Assembly: GCF_006345805.1 (NCBI RefSeq)
Contig: NC_043002.1
Span: 46,748,001 to 46,812,000 of the forward strand
Direction: 5' to 3'
Source: Octopus sinensis
Taxonomy: Eukaryota
DNA: 64,000 bases
Below the pieces are notes generated by a model. It had not been told where the DNA came from and did no database searches. It was given only the letters and a program-made list of their open reading frames with translations. Positions 1-14,546 of this stretch are shown one piece after another. Position 1 is the first letter of the stretch, and each line of letters opens with the position of its first letter. The translations under genes were made by a program, and so were the position numbers.

Positions 1-2931
1 GATCCTAAGTGGTTTTACACAAAATTAAAGAAAGATTTTAAAAGTTTAAGAATCATCATCACCACCACCATTATCATCATCATCATCATCAGTATCATTT
101 ATTTATTTGCTAGAAATGCGGTAGAAGCAAATCTATACCTTAATAGACGTAACAGTGTTAATAAATTTACTGCTGGTAAGGTAATCGGTAAACAGAAAAT
201 TTAGTCAGCTTGCATCGTGTACACATGCTAACAATTTATACATTATTACACCAGCTACTCTCAAACCTTTCTTTTTTTTCCTTCTGGCGAATCTCTTCCT
301 TATAATCAACAGTGTTGGCATGTTCCATGTGAAGAATATAATGCAAAAAAATAGTTGGATACCATAGAACATACAATAAACAAGTATTATTTGTTATTAA
401 TTTGATTAAATTTAAACATTGTAAATCCTGTCAATTTCTTTATTAACCACGAGGTTGAGAAAAAGAGGGGACGATACGAGGACAGACAAAACAAACATTG
501 GGGTCAGGGTATCGAATGAGACGAAACGTATGAATAAACAAACAATTAAAATATATACAATTAAATGAGAATGAGTGATTTACAAAAAATGAAGCGGAGG
601 ACGCGGTCGACCCCACAAACCACATACGTCGTCAAATGAACTTTTCTTCCAGAGTCGATAGTAACCTGTGAAGTACGGTACCTCCCACCCCTTCTGCATA
701 GGTTTCTGGCCGTGTGCTTGTGTACGAAATCACTTTAATTCAATGTCATGTCACCTTTTAAACAAAGTGGATTAGTTTGGCTCTCTCTAAAATGTAACTC
801 AATTCACGGCAGTTTCAGAGAGGCGCGCGCGTATACACACACACACATCATTCGCAATTGACAGTCAGTTTTGCTCGAAATTTGTTTTCTGTTATAAACA
901 TTGCCGAAAACCATTGTTCACACAACCAAGTATATGTGTGGGAAGAGCAAAAAGTACTCCACCCATTTTCTAGACAAACAAACGGCTTGCGTTTAATTAG
1001 TTGCGAATACTTGGAAATTTCAATGTTTTTACAGACCTTGAATATCCCAAAAATTTCTTATGCATACCCCTGGGAGGACGCATATCACCTGGGGGTACGC
1101 TTACTACAGTTTGAGAAGCCAGAATTACGTATTCCGCCGAAAAATACCTTCACTAAAGTGTAATCACGAGCTCCTGTGAAGCTGACTTTGCGATGCAGTG
1201 TCAATTCCCAGTTGAGCCAAATAGGGAAACCCCTACGTAGCCACTCGAGATTCTCTATGAAGCAGACGAAATTCCCTCTATCGTTAAAAAAAAAACAATA
1301 AATAAAAAAAAGAGGAACGCAAAGGGTAAGATAGTCTTAGGGACACAATGGTAATAAAAAAGGGGGGGAATGGTCACGGTTGGAATGATTTTGATTACAG
1401 GCTTGACTGATGAAGATGGCGTGGGATTTAAACATCAACAATTATAATATTCCACTTAAATTCTCGTACTTTGAGTTAGCTGGTATGCATATTTACATTC
1501 ATGCTTACACGCTTACATACTTACATTCACACACTCATGCATGCAAACACACACATACATACATTTATACATACATTTACACATACATACATACATACAT
1601 GCATACATGCATGCATGCTTATATGCCTGAGCTGTGTATAAACGCGAGAAAGGTACTGAATGCAGTTTCTTGCTACGTGCGATCCTTCAGACAAAAACAC
1701 TAAATAGCAACGAACGTATTCCTCAAATTTAAATGTACGTGTGTGTGTGTGACTATACACTAGCCTACATTTAATACGAACTAGGAAATGCAGTATTGTA
1801 AGGTGTCGTTTTTTCAAATGTATTTAGTAGCATAAATATAATGAACTTGTATTTCGCGAGAAGCGAAACTGACCAATATTTTTTAAGTGCCTGAATCACC
1901 ACCACCTCTTATTCTACAATATTCGACATCATAAATGCAAAATTCAAAAAACTTTTGAAGAGGGAATATCTACACAAAACTTGGAAGAGAGAAAACAGAA
2001 ATCTAGAATATGTGTATGTTACAGCGAAAGAGCATTTACATTATAGAAAATCTACTTCTATAGAAATATAACAAAATCTATCTACCTATCTATACCTGTC
2101 AGATAATTTGCACATAATACAGTTTGATCAATTTGTTTGTTTATATATCTTTTAGTCTACTTTAACGTTCTCTATATCCATTCAGTTTAGGCAGTCATCT
2201 ATCTTCAATCTATCAGCCCTGACCGTATTTTATGTCTGTACATTATTTTACATTTTTTAAATTTTCTTCGTCATATTCCTATAATCCCCGTCAATTTATT
2301 TATTGAACGATTTTCCAGTTCTATTTCATTGTGGTCAACACGATTCAAAACAACTCTACTGCCACTCTACTACTGCTACTACTACTGTTCTGTTGCTGTG
2401 GTGTAGATGTTATTACCGCTCCTACTACATCACTATTGTTGCTCCTGTTATATTATATATATATATTTATATACACACTTTTTTTCTTTACCACAAAATT
2501 CAGGTCGATTCATACTTTTTATATACACGCAGTAGATGTTAAGCCAGAAACAAGAGAGAAAGAGGGAGACAAAGACAGACAGACGGAAAAAGAGAGAGAG
2601 AAAAAGAGAGATTAGCAAACAAAAGGGAAATGAACGCTACAACTTGCTGTTGATGTCTCTCCTCTCTAGGTTCGAATCATGCAGACGACAAGCCTTATAC
2701 ACTTTATAAAATAGCAATATAAAGTAAATATAAGCAAACTTATAACCCACAATATTCATTCGTTTTATCCATATTTAGTAATATATATGTGTGTCTGTGT
2801 GTGTGTGTGTATATATTGATAAGAGGTGTGATATGAGAGAATAGATGTTTATTCCATTAGTTGACGTATTTTTTTTTCTCGATAGCCACGCACCAAGCTT
2901 ACTGTGATCCCTGATTCTTTGAATGCCTATT

Positions 2932-2964
<33 letters not shown>

Positions 2965-3381
2965 GGCCCTAAAACCGTGATTGCATTAACATTAACTGTT
3001 GGTCTTCGTAGCATTTTAATCGTCGATTACAAAAGTTAATAGATCGTTGGATATTGTAACTGGTCATATCAAAGAACACAAAAATATATTCTTATAAGTG
3101 CCCATACTCTTGCTCTGTTTTCTTCCTATCTCTCTCTCTCTCTCTCTCTTTCATACCCGCGCACGCACACCCTCACGTACGCAGATACTGGAAATGTAGT
3201 CTTGTGCATGTGACTAAACGAATTTCGGGACTATATAACAAACATAAGCATCGTATACATGCCATACATTCTTACAAATCTGAATATATGTATGTATATT
3301 ATAGAGCACTGCTGTTTACAAACATACGTTTGGGTGCGCGCGCGAGTTCAAACTAGTCATGTTTACAAGAGAATATGTATG

Positions 3382-3384
3382 TGT

Positions 3385-3424
<40 letters not shown>

Positions 3425-3562
3425 AGAGTCTACAACTATTGAAGAGGTTGCAAGAAATAACGAAAATTTTAGGAAAAAAATTAATAAATGAGTAGAAATT
3501 GAACCTGAGAGTGTTAATTAATAAAGCATTAAAACAGAATGACTCTCCCCAGATACAACACA

Positions 3563-3633
<71 letters not shown>

Positions 3634-3741
3634 GTAACGATAGATAGGTAGGTAGGTAGATAGATAGATAGATAGATAGATTGATAAATAGATAGATAGA
3701 AGATAGATAGATAGATAGATAGATAGAAGATAGATAGATAG
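3382..3741. repeat. Compound microsatellite (GT)n, (AT)n, (AG)n, (AGAT)n
   Basis: Direct reading. Similar arrays occur throughout, e.g. 3895-3975, 4755-4885, 5520-5690, 8095-8290, 43185-43300 and 57895-57995. Confidence 0.95.
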
Positions 3742-3895
3742 AAACAGTTTTGGTGATGCAAGCAGGAAAAGAACTCAAGACTTAATAATTAGCAGAAGAT
3801 ACATAGTGACCCAAGGGCCGAGAGTTTCGTGTATTGGCTATTATCATACTATTATACATGTGGAGAAAGAGAGAGACAGACAGACAGAAAGAGAA

Positions 3896-3975
<80 letters not shown>

Positions 3976-4994
3976 CTGTTATACACGCATTCTCCCATGA
4001 ACATGTTTACAACCAGTAAACACACGCATAAAAAACAATAAAAAGCAACAGTAAAAAAAAAGCACAGTAAAAATCACACAAACAAAAAGAAAAACCATAA
4101 CGTAGCTGTCAATCATAATGTTGAAAGCTGACGACGCCTCGGAAGTAGTCCAGACACGCCTCTCATTCCTCTGAAATTGACAACCCTTTTTCTAATACGA
4201 CTTGCTCAATAGCTGCAAACTAGTTTTTTTTTTCTTCTTTCTTCCACAAAACACTATCTCTCTCTTTCTACCCAATTTGGCTTTTCTCTCTCTCTCTCGT
4301 CTAACACCCACCTTTTTTTTCTTCCTCTTCTGTATATCACCAAATATTTTGATTATTTCTAATAAATGTTTTAGAAATTATATTTTTTGAAAAATTTTAT
4401 TTACTACAATCGTATTTTAACTACGGAAATTTAAATGATACTAAAACCAATGAATATATGTATGTGCATATATATATATATATATGAATATGTGTGTGTT
4501 TGTGTGTGTGTGTGTGTGTATATATATGTATGTATGTATGCATATAGTCTCAGATTTTTTCTATCAGGATTTTTAAACCAATATTTACACGCTAGCTTTA
4601 TCTGCTTCGAGGTTTTCATATTGTACTAGTAATATTAAACAGTACTTATTGATAACTCAAAATATTTCAAAACCAATTATTCTTTTGAGTTCCCCAATCA
4701 ATTTCAAGACTTGATGATACTGTATATCTATTTGTCTGTGTATTCCCAATGTATATGTATGTTATGTATGTATGTATGCAAGCAGGTATGTATGTATGTA
4801 TGTATGTATGTATGTATGTATGTATGTATGTATGTATGTATGTATGTATGTATGTATGCATGCATGTATGCATGTATGTATGTATGTCTATCTAAAATAT
4901 CTATCTGCGTTGATACTTTGGCCGATAACTGATGGGGATTTGCCAACCTTCTGTGTCTGTTTTCATTTGTTTGTACATTTATTGTTTTTAACTT

Positions 4995-5046
<52 letters not shown>

Positions 5047-5527
5047 CATAACCTTCTTTAGTTATTTATTACATAAAAAACGAACATTAATATCGAGAAT
5101 TTTGCAAGGAATGATTGTGTGAAGGATTGTAACATTCATTGCTTTAGTATAAAAAAAAATATTAGGTTAACAATGTAAAAAAATTTGTTTAAAACGGAGC
5201 GATTTCAAATGAGAATTAGAACTGGGTAGAGAAACAGAAACAAGGTTCGCTGAGAACTAATTGCCTAAGCAAGCTATCCACTACTCTAATAACGGTAATG
5301 ATATACTTCAATTTAATCGAAAATTAACACAAGCTTTGTCTTGCTCAGTCAAATACAACAGATTCTTACGCACGCCTTCGCATGCATTCATCTTTCTCTC
5401 TGTCCGGGTCTCATGACTACATATTTTTTTCCTTATATGCATTGACATTCATATAAATTTGTGCATAATTAAATAGATTATATACCAATAAAATAAGAAC
5501 ATAAACATCATCTATAGCTATCCATCC

Positions 5528-5585
<58 letters not shown>

Positions 5586-6350
5586 ATGTATATATGTGTG
5601 TGTGTGTGTATCTTATATACACATCAAGCTATATTTCTGGTTGTGCGTGTGTGTGTGTGTGTGTGTGGTTGCGTCTATGTATGTGTGTGCGACTGAATTT
5701 AAAGACCAACACATCCGCTTCCGGACGTTGTTTTCTTATGGCAATGTCAAGTATACAGATACACAAGAAAATACGTACATTAGCATCCCTATTGCAACAT
5801 CCAAATAAACAAAGAGGATGTAGGGTTTTTAAGGAGCTGAATAAAGGAAGACGTGACCTTCGTACCGTTCCTATCGTCATTGGTGACATAGACGAAGTAG
5901 AAATTGTTCAAATGAGGGCTAGAGCTGGGAGCACTCCTCTTAGTCAGCGATACGCGCGCGCACATACTCACATGGTCATATCTACACCTCTCTCTCACTC
6001 ACTCTCTGCGCGCGCACACACACAAATATATATGCACATACACGCTTCTGAAACTGATGATTCACTCACTCACACCTCAAATTTTCTCTGACCCGGTCAT
6101 TGACACAATTCCGTGGAGTTGCATCCGCTGACCAGGTCGCAGACGTGCGACGAAACTTTTTGATACTGCATAATAGACTGCTTTTAAAATAATGGTAAAG
6201 TATATATATATGTATATAGCAAGTAATGTTCGTAGTCACTTCAATTAGGCTGTTCCGTTTGAAAGGTCTTAACTGTGATTTTTTTTAACCCCAAGAGGAC
6301 ATCATATATATATATATATATATATTTCGATAAATAGATAGATAGATATA

Positions 6351-6685
6351 TTCTTTTACTTGTATCTGTCATTTGACTGCGGCCATGTTGGAGCAGCGCC
6401 TTTACTCGAACAAATCGACCCCAGGGCTTATTCTTTGTAAGCCTAGTACTTATTCTATCGGTCTCTTCTGCCGAACGGAGACGTAAACACACCGATATCG
6501 GTTGTCAAGCGATGTTGGGGGTGACAAACAAATACTCACACACACATATATGTATATACGACAGGCTCACAAGGCTTTGGTCAGCCCGAAGCTATAGTAG
6601 AAGACACTTGCCTAAGGTGACATGCAGGGGAACTGAACCTGGAACCATGTGGTTGGAAAGCAAGCTTCTTACCACACAGCCACGC
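6351..6685 (-). mobile_element. SINE family A copy, internally deleted
   Basis: Aligns to 14547-14982. Confidence 0.88.
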
Positions 6686-6699
6686 TGATATGTATGTAT

Positions 6700-6745
<46 letters not shown>

Positions 6746-6784
6746 TACATAAATGAGTATCTTGTGTCTGTGTAAGCATATGTA

Positions 6785-8076
6785 CGAGGGACGTTCAATA
6801 AGTAATGCCTCTGACCCACTTGCAGTTGTTTGATCTAGCTAAAATTTTGCATGTAGAATTATTTATATCTCTATAGATGAAGTAGCAAATTACACCTCTG
6901 AACCAATTCTGGTTTCTGATTTACAGGTGTTTGAACTGAGTCAAGTGTGAAATGGAGCCTTTTGAGTGTCGAGCAGTGATCTGGTTTTTGTATTTGAAAG
7001 GACGCACACCACGGGAGACTTTTGATGAAATGAAAGTAACTTATGGTGATGATGCCCCATCATATGACCTTGTAAAACGCTGGCATCGTAAATTCAAACA
7101 TGGTCGGAACTCAGTTGAAACAGCTCCCAGATCTGGTCGCCCCCCTTCTGCCATTGATGAGGCATCTGTCCGTCAAGTTGAGGCTGCCATTTTGGAAGAT
7201 CGACGCATAACTATTCGCCAAATAGTCCATGAGGTCAAGATTAGTACCGGGTCTGTGGAAACTATCATTCATGACTATTTGCATATGCAAAAGGTGTCTG
7301 CCAGATGGATTCCCAGGTTGCTCACACCTTTCCAGAAGCAAGAACGCGTCGAGTGTTCGAGGATGAATTTGGAGATATGCCAAGACGATGAGTCAAAATT
7401 TTTCAAAAGACTGATTACACAGGATGAAACCTAGGTCCATCACAATGATCCAGAGACCAAAGCCCAGTGAATGCAGTGGAAGCACCGTGACTCACCTCCT
7501 CCAAAGAAGGCAAAGGTGCAGTCCTCCGCTGGCAAGGTCACGCTCACAGTCTTCTGGGACCAGGACGGAGTAGTGATGACAGATTTCCTGGCAAAGGGTA
7601 CCACAATTACAGGAGCCTATTATGCTTCACTTTTGAGGAAATTAAGAGAAGCTATCAAAATCAAGAGGCGGGGCAAGATCAGCAAAGGCATCCTCCTCCT
7701 GCAGGACAACGCTCCGGTTCACAACTCGCGTGTCGCCAGATCAGAAGCACAGGCGTGCGGCTATGAACTCCTCCCCCATCTCCCTACTCTTCTGACCTTG
7801 CACCCTCTGATTTTCATCTCTTCCCAGCCACGAAGTTGTTTTTGAAAGGAAAGCGTTTCCCAGATGATGCAGCCTTGATTTCTGAAGTTACGTCGTGTTT
7901 GGAGGACCAAGCTGGGGTCTTCTAAAAAATCGGTCTCCAGAGCTGCATCAAACGATGGGAGAAATGTGTAACTCTGGGTGGTTCCTATGTAGAAAAAGAC
8001 TAATAACTGTGCCAAGTTTCGTTGCTCTACTGCTATGGGAAGTGGGTCAGGGGCGTTACTTATTGAACGCCCCTCG
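6785..8076 (+). mobile_element. Full-length (1292 bp) mariner DNA transposon, probably irritans/Hsmar2-like
   Basis: TA duplications at 6783-84 and 8077-78. 37-bp TIRs CGAGGGACGTTCAATAAGTAATGCCTCTGACCCACTT with 3 mismatches between ends. Contains a transposase. Confidence 0.97.
6952..8003 (+). pseudogene. Mariner DD34D transposase pseudogene
   Basis: HTH region, GRP, WIPRLL, DET, DNA and YS(S)DLAPSDFHLF motifs. Disrupted by stops near 7432, 7468 and 7922 and a 1-nt frameshift near 7780. Confidence 0.95.
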
Positions 8077-8106
8077 TATATACACATACATTAATAAATA
8101 TGATAT

Positions 8107-8158
<52 letters not shown>

Positions 8159-8185
8159 AATGCGTCTATCTATCTGCCCTCTCTT

Positions 8186-8291
<106 letters not shown>

Positions 8292-8919
8292 CATACACAC
8301 ATACGCATACATCACAGACGCATGTATGCATTATTTTGGTCCGAAGTTCACCCTCAGATAAAGTTTAGTTTACTGAAGTCTCTATGCACAAATTCGTTTA
8401 ATCTCGAATTGGTTTCAGATATTGAGCTGCGGCTTCTACGGTTTAATCAATAATATCGATTCCAGTATTGCTTTCAATCTGATACTCGTTTTATTACTCT
8501 CTAGCTGTCGACCTGCTTCGTTAAAAGTACTCAATTTAAAGACAGATATTAGACCGGTGCCAATATAGAGATGCGTTGATAGACACACTCATATGCATGC
8601 TTGCACACACACACACACACACATTCCCATTTTTTATTGTTTAATCTTTTACTAATATCAATCTTCGGACTGCGGCTATAGTCGGGTCTCACCTTGAGGG
8701 GTTTAGTCGATCAAGCCGATACCAGTATCTATCTCTTTTATAGCCGAACCGCTAACTTACAGGGACATAAACAATAAAACACCGGTTATGAAACGGTGAG
8801 AGACAAATACAAATACGAAACTCAAACGCGCGCACACACACAACACACACATACGTGGCCACACTGATAGATGCATGCATACATGCACACACACACACAC
8901 TCACACACACACACACATA

Positions 8920-9427
8920 TCTATATATATAAAACTGTAGTTGTGTGAGTGTCTGTCCCCTTCGATTTAGATTCCTAACTACTCCCACATTTTGCGGTGC
9001 AGTTTAACCAAATTCGGGTATCTTATAGTCGTGATTCATATCGAGCCCGTCTGGGTATTAGCGCGCGTCTACGATGAGTCTACGATTTTAAAAATAATTT
9101 AACATAATTTTTTATTCCATTTTAATGCATAATTTTTCGTGTGTCGATGGCGGCGGAGTTGGCGTCCATGGTCACACCTGTGTTGCTTCTCCCCCTTCTT
9201 CCCTCCCTCGTGAAGCTGTGGGGAAGGGAGTGTAAGGAAATCAACGTCGTAAAGCGTTGTCAAGGAGACCAGCGTTCTTTTAGAACAACGACTTCATGGC
9301 TTGAAGACACCAAAACAGAAATGGCTAAGAAAGCCCGAATTGGCATCTATAAGGGAAGTAACTCTCTAAAAGTGCTTATATAGTTATTTCCCTTACAAAC
9401 CCGAGCAACGCCGGGCGATACTGCTAG
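8920..9427 (+). mobile_element. Non-autonomous Helitron (508 bp)
   Basis: Starts A|TCTATATATATAAAA, ends with GC-rich hairpin CCCGAGCAACGCCGGG then CTAG|T. Inserted in an AT dinucleotide with no TSD. Confidence 0.85.
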
Positions 9428-9636
9428 TATATATATATAACGAGAGAGGGAGAGAGGACATTTGTATATACATATATATGTACGTTTGCAATGTATATAT
9501 GTATATAGTTTTTCTTCGGGATTTGAGTTTTTTCTTTGAAAATTTCAGCCCGGCCACTTATGAAATGATATGGTTGTATGGTTAAAGTGAAGGCAGTTCG
9601 TTCAATTTGTAAACATCTGAGTTGGTTGGTGTGTAC

Positions 9637-9667
<31 letters not shown>

Positions 9668-10171
9668 CATGCGTGCTTATGTGTATGTTATGGCCAAACC
9701 AAAAGCACACCAAATCCAGAAGAGAGCAAGTCGATTACATCAACCACAGTGCTCAACTGATACTTATTTTAGCCAACCCGAAAGGATTAAAAAAGCAAAC
9801 TCGACCACGGTTGACTTGGAACTCAGAACATAAAGACGGGCGAAATTATGCTAACCATTCTACCAGCTCACCGTCTAAAGGAGAAGCTATTATTCCTGTC
9901 GATATTGTTGGTACTCTTATGGCGGCGATGAACAGGCAGAATCTTTAACATGCCGGGCGAAATGCTCAGCAACATTTAGTCCGTCTTCACGATCTGAGTT
10001 CAAATTCACCGAGGTTGACTTTGTCTTTCATCCTTTAGGGGTCGATAAAATAAGTACCAGTTGAGTACTGAGGACGATGTAATTGACTTACCCACCCACA
10101 TCCGAAATTGCTGGCCTTGTGCCAAAATTTGAAATCAGTATTGTTGATACTCTCTAGCTTGCGGTATGTGT

Positions 10172-10559
10172 TTATTTGTTTGTTTGTTGAGCGAAGCGGT
10201 CTTCGTCCCAGAGCTTGCAAGATCGCGCCTCTGTAGTGGAAGAAGTCCGAATCGAGGTCCTTTGCTATTCGTAAGACCCGCAGAAGAGAGAGCAGGTCAA
10301 CCCCCGACACCGAGAGCATCGACGGATGGATGAATGCGCATCCAGGCTCAGCGGTTGCGTAGGAAGTCGAGGACAAGAAACAGGAAGAAAGAGTGAGAGA
10401 AAGTTGGAGCAAAAGAGAACAACAGGGGTAGCCACCACCCCCTGCCGGAGCTTCGTGGAGCTTTAGGCGTTTTCGCTCAATAAACATACACAACGCCCAG
10501 CCTGGGAATCGAAACCGCGATCCTCCGACCGCGAGTCCGCTGCCCTAACCATTGGGCCA
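10172..10559 (-). mobile_element. tRNA-derived SINE family C, copy 1
   Basis: Head ATGGCCCAATGGTTAGGGCAGCGG..GGTTTCGATTCCC (A and B boxes), (CAAA)n tail, 13-bp TSD TTGCGGTATGTGT. Confidence 0.9.
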
Positions 10560-11311
10560 TTGCGGTATGTGTATCTGTGCTGGTATGATGAGTATTTCTT
10601 CTCCAATTTTCTGTGTAAGTAGGTCAGCCTAGCCATCCTTTGGTTCACATGGTACACCTGTATACTCAGAGTATTTGTTTAAGAGTTCTTCATTTAATAT
10701 CATGATGTTATCTTCATTAGTGAATATACTTCTGCAGCACTCATAAGTCTTCAAGAATGATCTTCTGTCACTTCCTTTATCCGTCCGTTTAATATTTTCT
10801 TTCAGTATCGCTGTTAATGTAGAAGTTGCCAGTGGTTGTTAGTACCTTCGCAGTCCTTATGTCCAAGATACGTATTTCTTCAATTGCCCAGTCAAGGAAA
10901 TGCTGGTATAAATGCTGGCACTATGAAAGCAGTGTGGGAGATTGTTTTAGTTTCTGCATTGCTGTTGACGTGGAAGTTGCTACTTGTTGATAGTATCTTC
11001 GTAGTCCTGATATACAAATTGCATATTTATTCAGTTGCCCAGTCTAGTATCCTAAATGTTGGTACAGATATTGGCACTGTGAAAGCAGTGTGAGATATTG
11101 TTTTATTGACTGCAGATAGCTCTGACTTCCTAACATTTTGAAGTCTACTTAAGTATTCTTTTCTTTGTCTATCTTTACTCACAGCATCAACATACGCAAT
11201 TTTCTCGTCGATTCAGTATTTGTAGCACTCATCACTGGTGTTAAGGGAAATAGACATTGGTATCTATGTTCCTTGTTTGGTTGACAGTTTTCCTCTCGTG
11301 ACTACCAAATA

Positions 11312-11672
11312 TCTTTTATCTTTTACTTGTTTCAATCATTAGACTGCGACCATGCTGGGGCACTGCCTTGAAGAATTTTTAGTCAAGTGAATCGACCCCC
11401 AGTACTTATTTTTTCTAAAAGCCTGGTACTTATTCTATTGGTCTCTTTTGCCGAACCGCAAAGTTACGAAGATGTAAACACACCAAGACCGGTTGTCAAG
11501 CGGTGATGATACACACTCGTATACGACGGGCTTCTTTCAGTTTCTGTCTGCCAAATCCACTCACAAGACTTTGGTCGGCCCGAGGCTATAGAAGACCCTA
11601 GCCCAAGATGCCACGCAATGGGACTGAACTCGGAACCATGTGGTTGGGAAGCAAGGTTCTTACCACACAGCT
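11312..11672 (-). mobile_element. SINE family A copy inside the R4/Dong remnant
   Basis: Aligns to 14547-14982. Confidence 0.88.
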
Positions 11673-13211
11673 ATGGACACTCATCTTCACCAAACTCCAT
11701 TCCTATGTCCCGTGAAAACGTTGCGACTAGTTCTAAGTGTCTGTTGGTATCGCGGGTATTACTGAAGTACAGCTAAAGGTCACCAAGTAAGAAAGAAATT
11801 TTTTTTCACTCCGTAGCAGCTCTTATAATCTAGCCTTTGCATTCCCCTATTAAAGCTGACAAGGACTTCGCTGATATGAAGAAAAGCATTGCAGATAAGC
11901 TCTCACTTGGTAATATTTAAGCTGATAGTCTGTTAGTGAATATAGTAGTAGCTTCGGCTTTACAGCAATAGATCCGCATAAAAACCTAGAAATAATGGTT
12001 TTCTCAAAAAAAAAAAAAAGAGAGAGAGAGAGAGAGAGAGCGAGAGAAAGAGAGAGAGACTGATTCACATTTTTTAAATACAGTTGATTAGTAAGTACAG
12101 TGAAAATATGTAAAACATTCCAAGGATTCTCTATTTGAGGCTTTGGGGATGAACACATATACCCAGTTACATGTATATATAGAACATTCACTCATGCATT
12201 GGCATAAACAGTAATAAAGCACACAAACACGTGTACTAAAGGAACACGCATACATACATACGCACACGCACACACACACACACACACACCATTCCAGATA
12301 TCTACATAATCCAAGACCTGTTTTGACTTAATCTCCGTGATGTGAATATTATTCAAATACAGATTAAGGTAATAAAAAAAAATCTGAGGTTGATATGACT
12401 CTTCTTTGCAGATCCCATCACGTAGCCTTTCCATTTCCTTAGCAGAACTGATAAGAAGTTCACTGCGAAAAAGAAACGCAATATTCCAAGGTGACAGATA
12501 AGTTATCGTTCTGGAATATTCTCTATTTATAGTATAATGTTGTCAGTAATATAGTTCTTATCGATAGTTTTGTGGATCATGGCGTTGTCAGTCCCTTAAC
12601 GGCATCAACAAAAGCAGCTGGAACCTAGACAAAGTGTAGTGACTCTAAAATCCACAAGTGAGGGATGGTGCAAAATGTTTACTTATAGTCTAAATTATTT
12701 CACTTCCTTAAGGACAGCTTGGTTGAAGGGAGTGCTGCTCAGTACATACAGCTCCACATTCCTTTCTTCCCGCCTGCTCACATTGGGTGTTTCGCAGTGA
12801 TTCAACTAACCCGTACACACCTTAGACATTACATTCATGCATGATGTGCGACTGTGAATTTTGGGCACATGAATCTCCTCGCTTTTAGCTAACAATATTG
12901 TACGTACAACTGCCAGCCAGCGTGACTCATCGAGATCAGCGTTCATTGTTCTTTTGAACAGTTTAACGGGGGATTTCCCTGTAGAGTGTGAGCTTCCTAT
13001 ACCAATAACCGACGATAAAGTCTCCTCCAGGTAATTTTCCAATTGGTAGTTTCACAACCGTCAGGTGAGTTTCAAGGGCGATATTGGAAGAGAAACTTGC
13101 ACAGTTATCATGCCGTTGCTCATTTAACCATATTGCATTATAGTTGTGTTGTCTGATTACGTTCTAGATGCCACCTCTTCAAAAAAATTTTTTTTAAAGC
13201 CCCATCGAGAT

Positions 13212-13457
13212 CAGTGGTTCTCAACCATTTTTTTGCCTATGAATCCCTTTGATTCCTATTTTACTTAGTGGGTGGGAGGGACCCCCATAGCCGTTTGACG
13301 ACTAAAATCTCCTTAAATGTTATTAGGAATTGTATTTAAAATTGCTTAAATATTTTGTGTATCGTAGAAATATAACCAGTTTATTGCATATAAATTTTAA
13401 CAACAAAATATTGTATGGACCCCAAACGGCCATATGGGCCCCTGTTGAGAACCACTG
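13212..13457. mobile_element. hAT (Charlie-like) MITE
   Basis: Perfect TIRs CAGTGGTTCTCAAC/GTTGAGAACCACTG. 8-bp flanks ATCGAGAT/GTCTAGAT match the NTCTAGAN preference. Confidence 0.88.
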
Positions 13458-14546
13458 GTCTAGATCATTCTGGAGAGCGGCTTTTACGACCCTGGTGGTA
13501 TTGGTCTTTCATACTGTGATATACGGCTTGTGAGGTTAACGTAGTGTGATTGTTGGCAATTCCCTTACTTGCCGCCTGTAGTTAATGTTTAATAGCAATT
13601 AGCTTAGCCGTTTGTAGGTCTTGTCGACAGTTCCTGTAGACCTTATGCAATCTATTATAAAGTCGCAGATGGTGAATCGTGGATTTATTATTTACTTTGC
13701 AGCGGCTATCCTATATTTTTTTCCTGAGTCTATGAACATTTATCTTGATAGGGGTCGGCCATTTTAATTGTGTTTTCTCATTACGAGCGATCTCTGTCAC
13801 TCCCATCTCTTGGCGGATGGTAATCGTATCTAAGTATTATAGGATATTCAATGTTCAAAAGCCAGGATTCTCGATCTGTGCTAGGTGTTCCTTAGCAACG
13901 CAATCGATCACAGATAACATGAAATCAGTTAGTTTTCTGTTGATTCATGTCGTAATTGTTCCTTCATATAATTGTTTATTAATGTAAATGATGAAATGTT
14001 GTTTCAATTTAGCTGTTAGTTTTTTTGTTTTTTTTCCTGTTTTCAATTCTTTATATTCTTCACTAATTTCTGTTTGTTCATTAGCAGCTACCACCCATCT
14101 ATTTAGTGGCGATATGTTCGTCTCGGTGTTATTCTTGTTATTGTTGTTATATCGGTATCATTTCGCATTATTTAAGGTCTTCTAAGGATGACAATCCATT
14201 GCTCTGGTCTTTATTTAATGAGCGATTTTAACAGCTGATTTTTTTTTTACTCGGTGAAGGTGGCTTGTAGTCAAAAATAGCTAAAAAACACAGGCCTGTC
14301 TTTTAAAATGTATTTTGTGAGTACGTTTTACATCTCTGTAAAACTACCCTATATGGTAATTTCAGGTTTGCAGTAATAAAGAGCCCAAACTAAACTCTTC
14401 TATTTAGCCATATCCGATGATTATTAATTTAACTTGCTACACTTGGAAGATTCTTCAACATGAAACCGTTCGGTAATATGACATGGTTATGAGACTAAAT
14501 TTATAATATTATACAAATATTACCTAATATTCGAGTTCCTGCTGAC

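Larger units (their letters stand above)
10575..14200 (-). mobile_element. Decayed R4/Dong-clade non-LTR retrotransposon, interrupted by a SINE, microsatellites and a hAT MITE
   Basis: Minus-strand remnants in the expected order: WLAVVRTILLAK.EE.HVPK (NYRPI region), EQAGRKKGMW, IPHLWILESL, ..LELVATFSRDIGMEFGEDEC, and thumb TFRILDWA..NFHVNS. Boundaries approximate. Confidence 0.7.

Noticed and set aside
10500-10560. tRNA-like heads here and in other SINEs
   Set aside because: They lack a complete cloverleaf and acceptor stem and continue into SINE bodies, so they are not tRNA genes.
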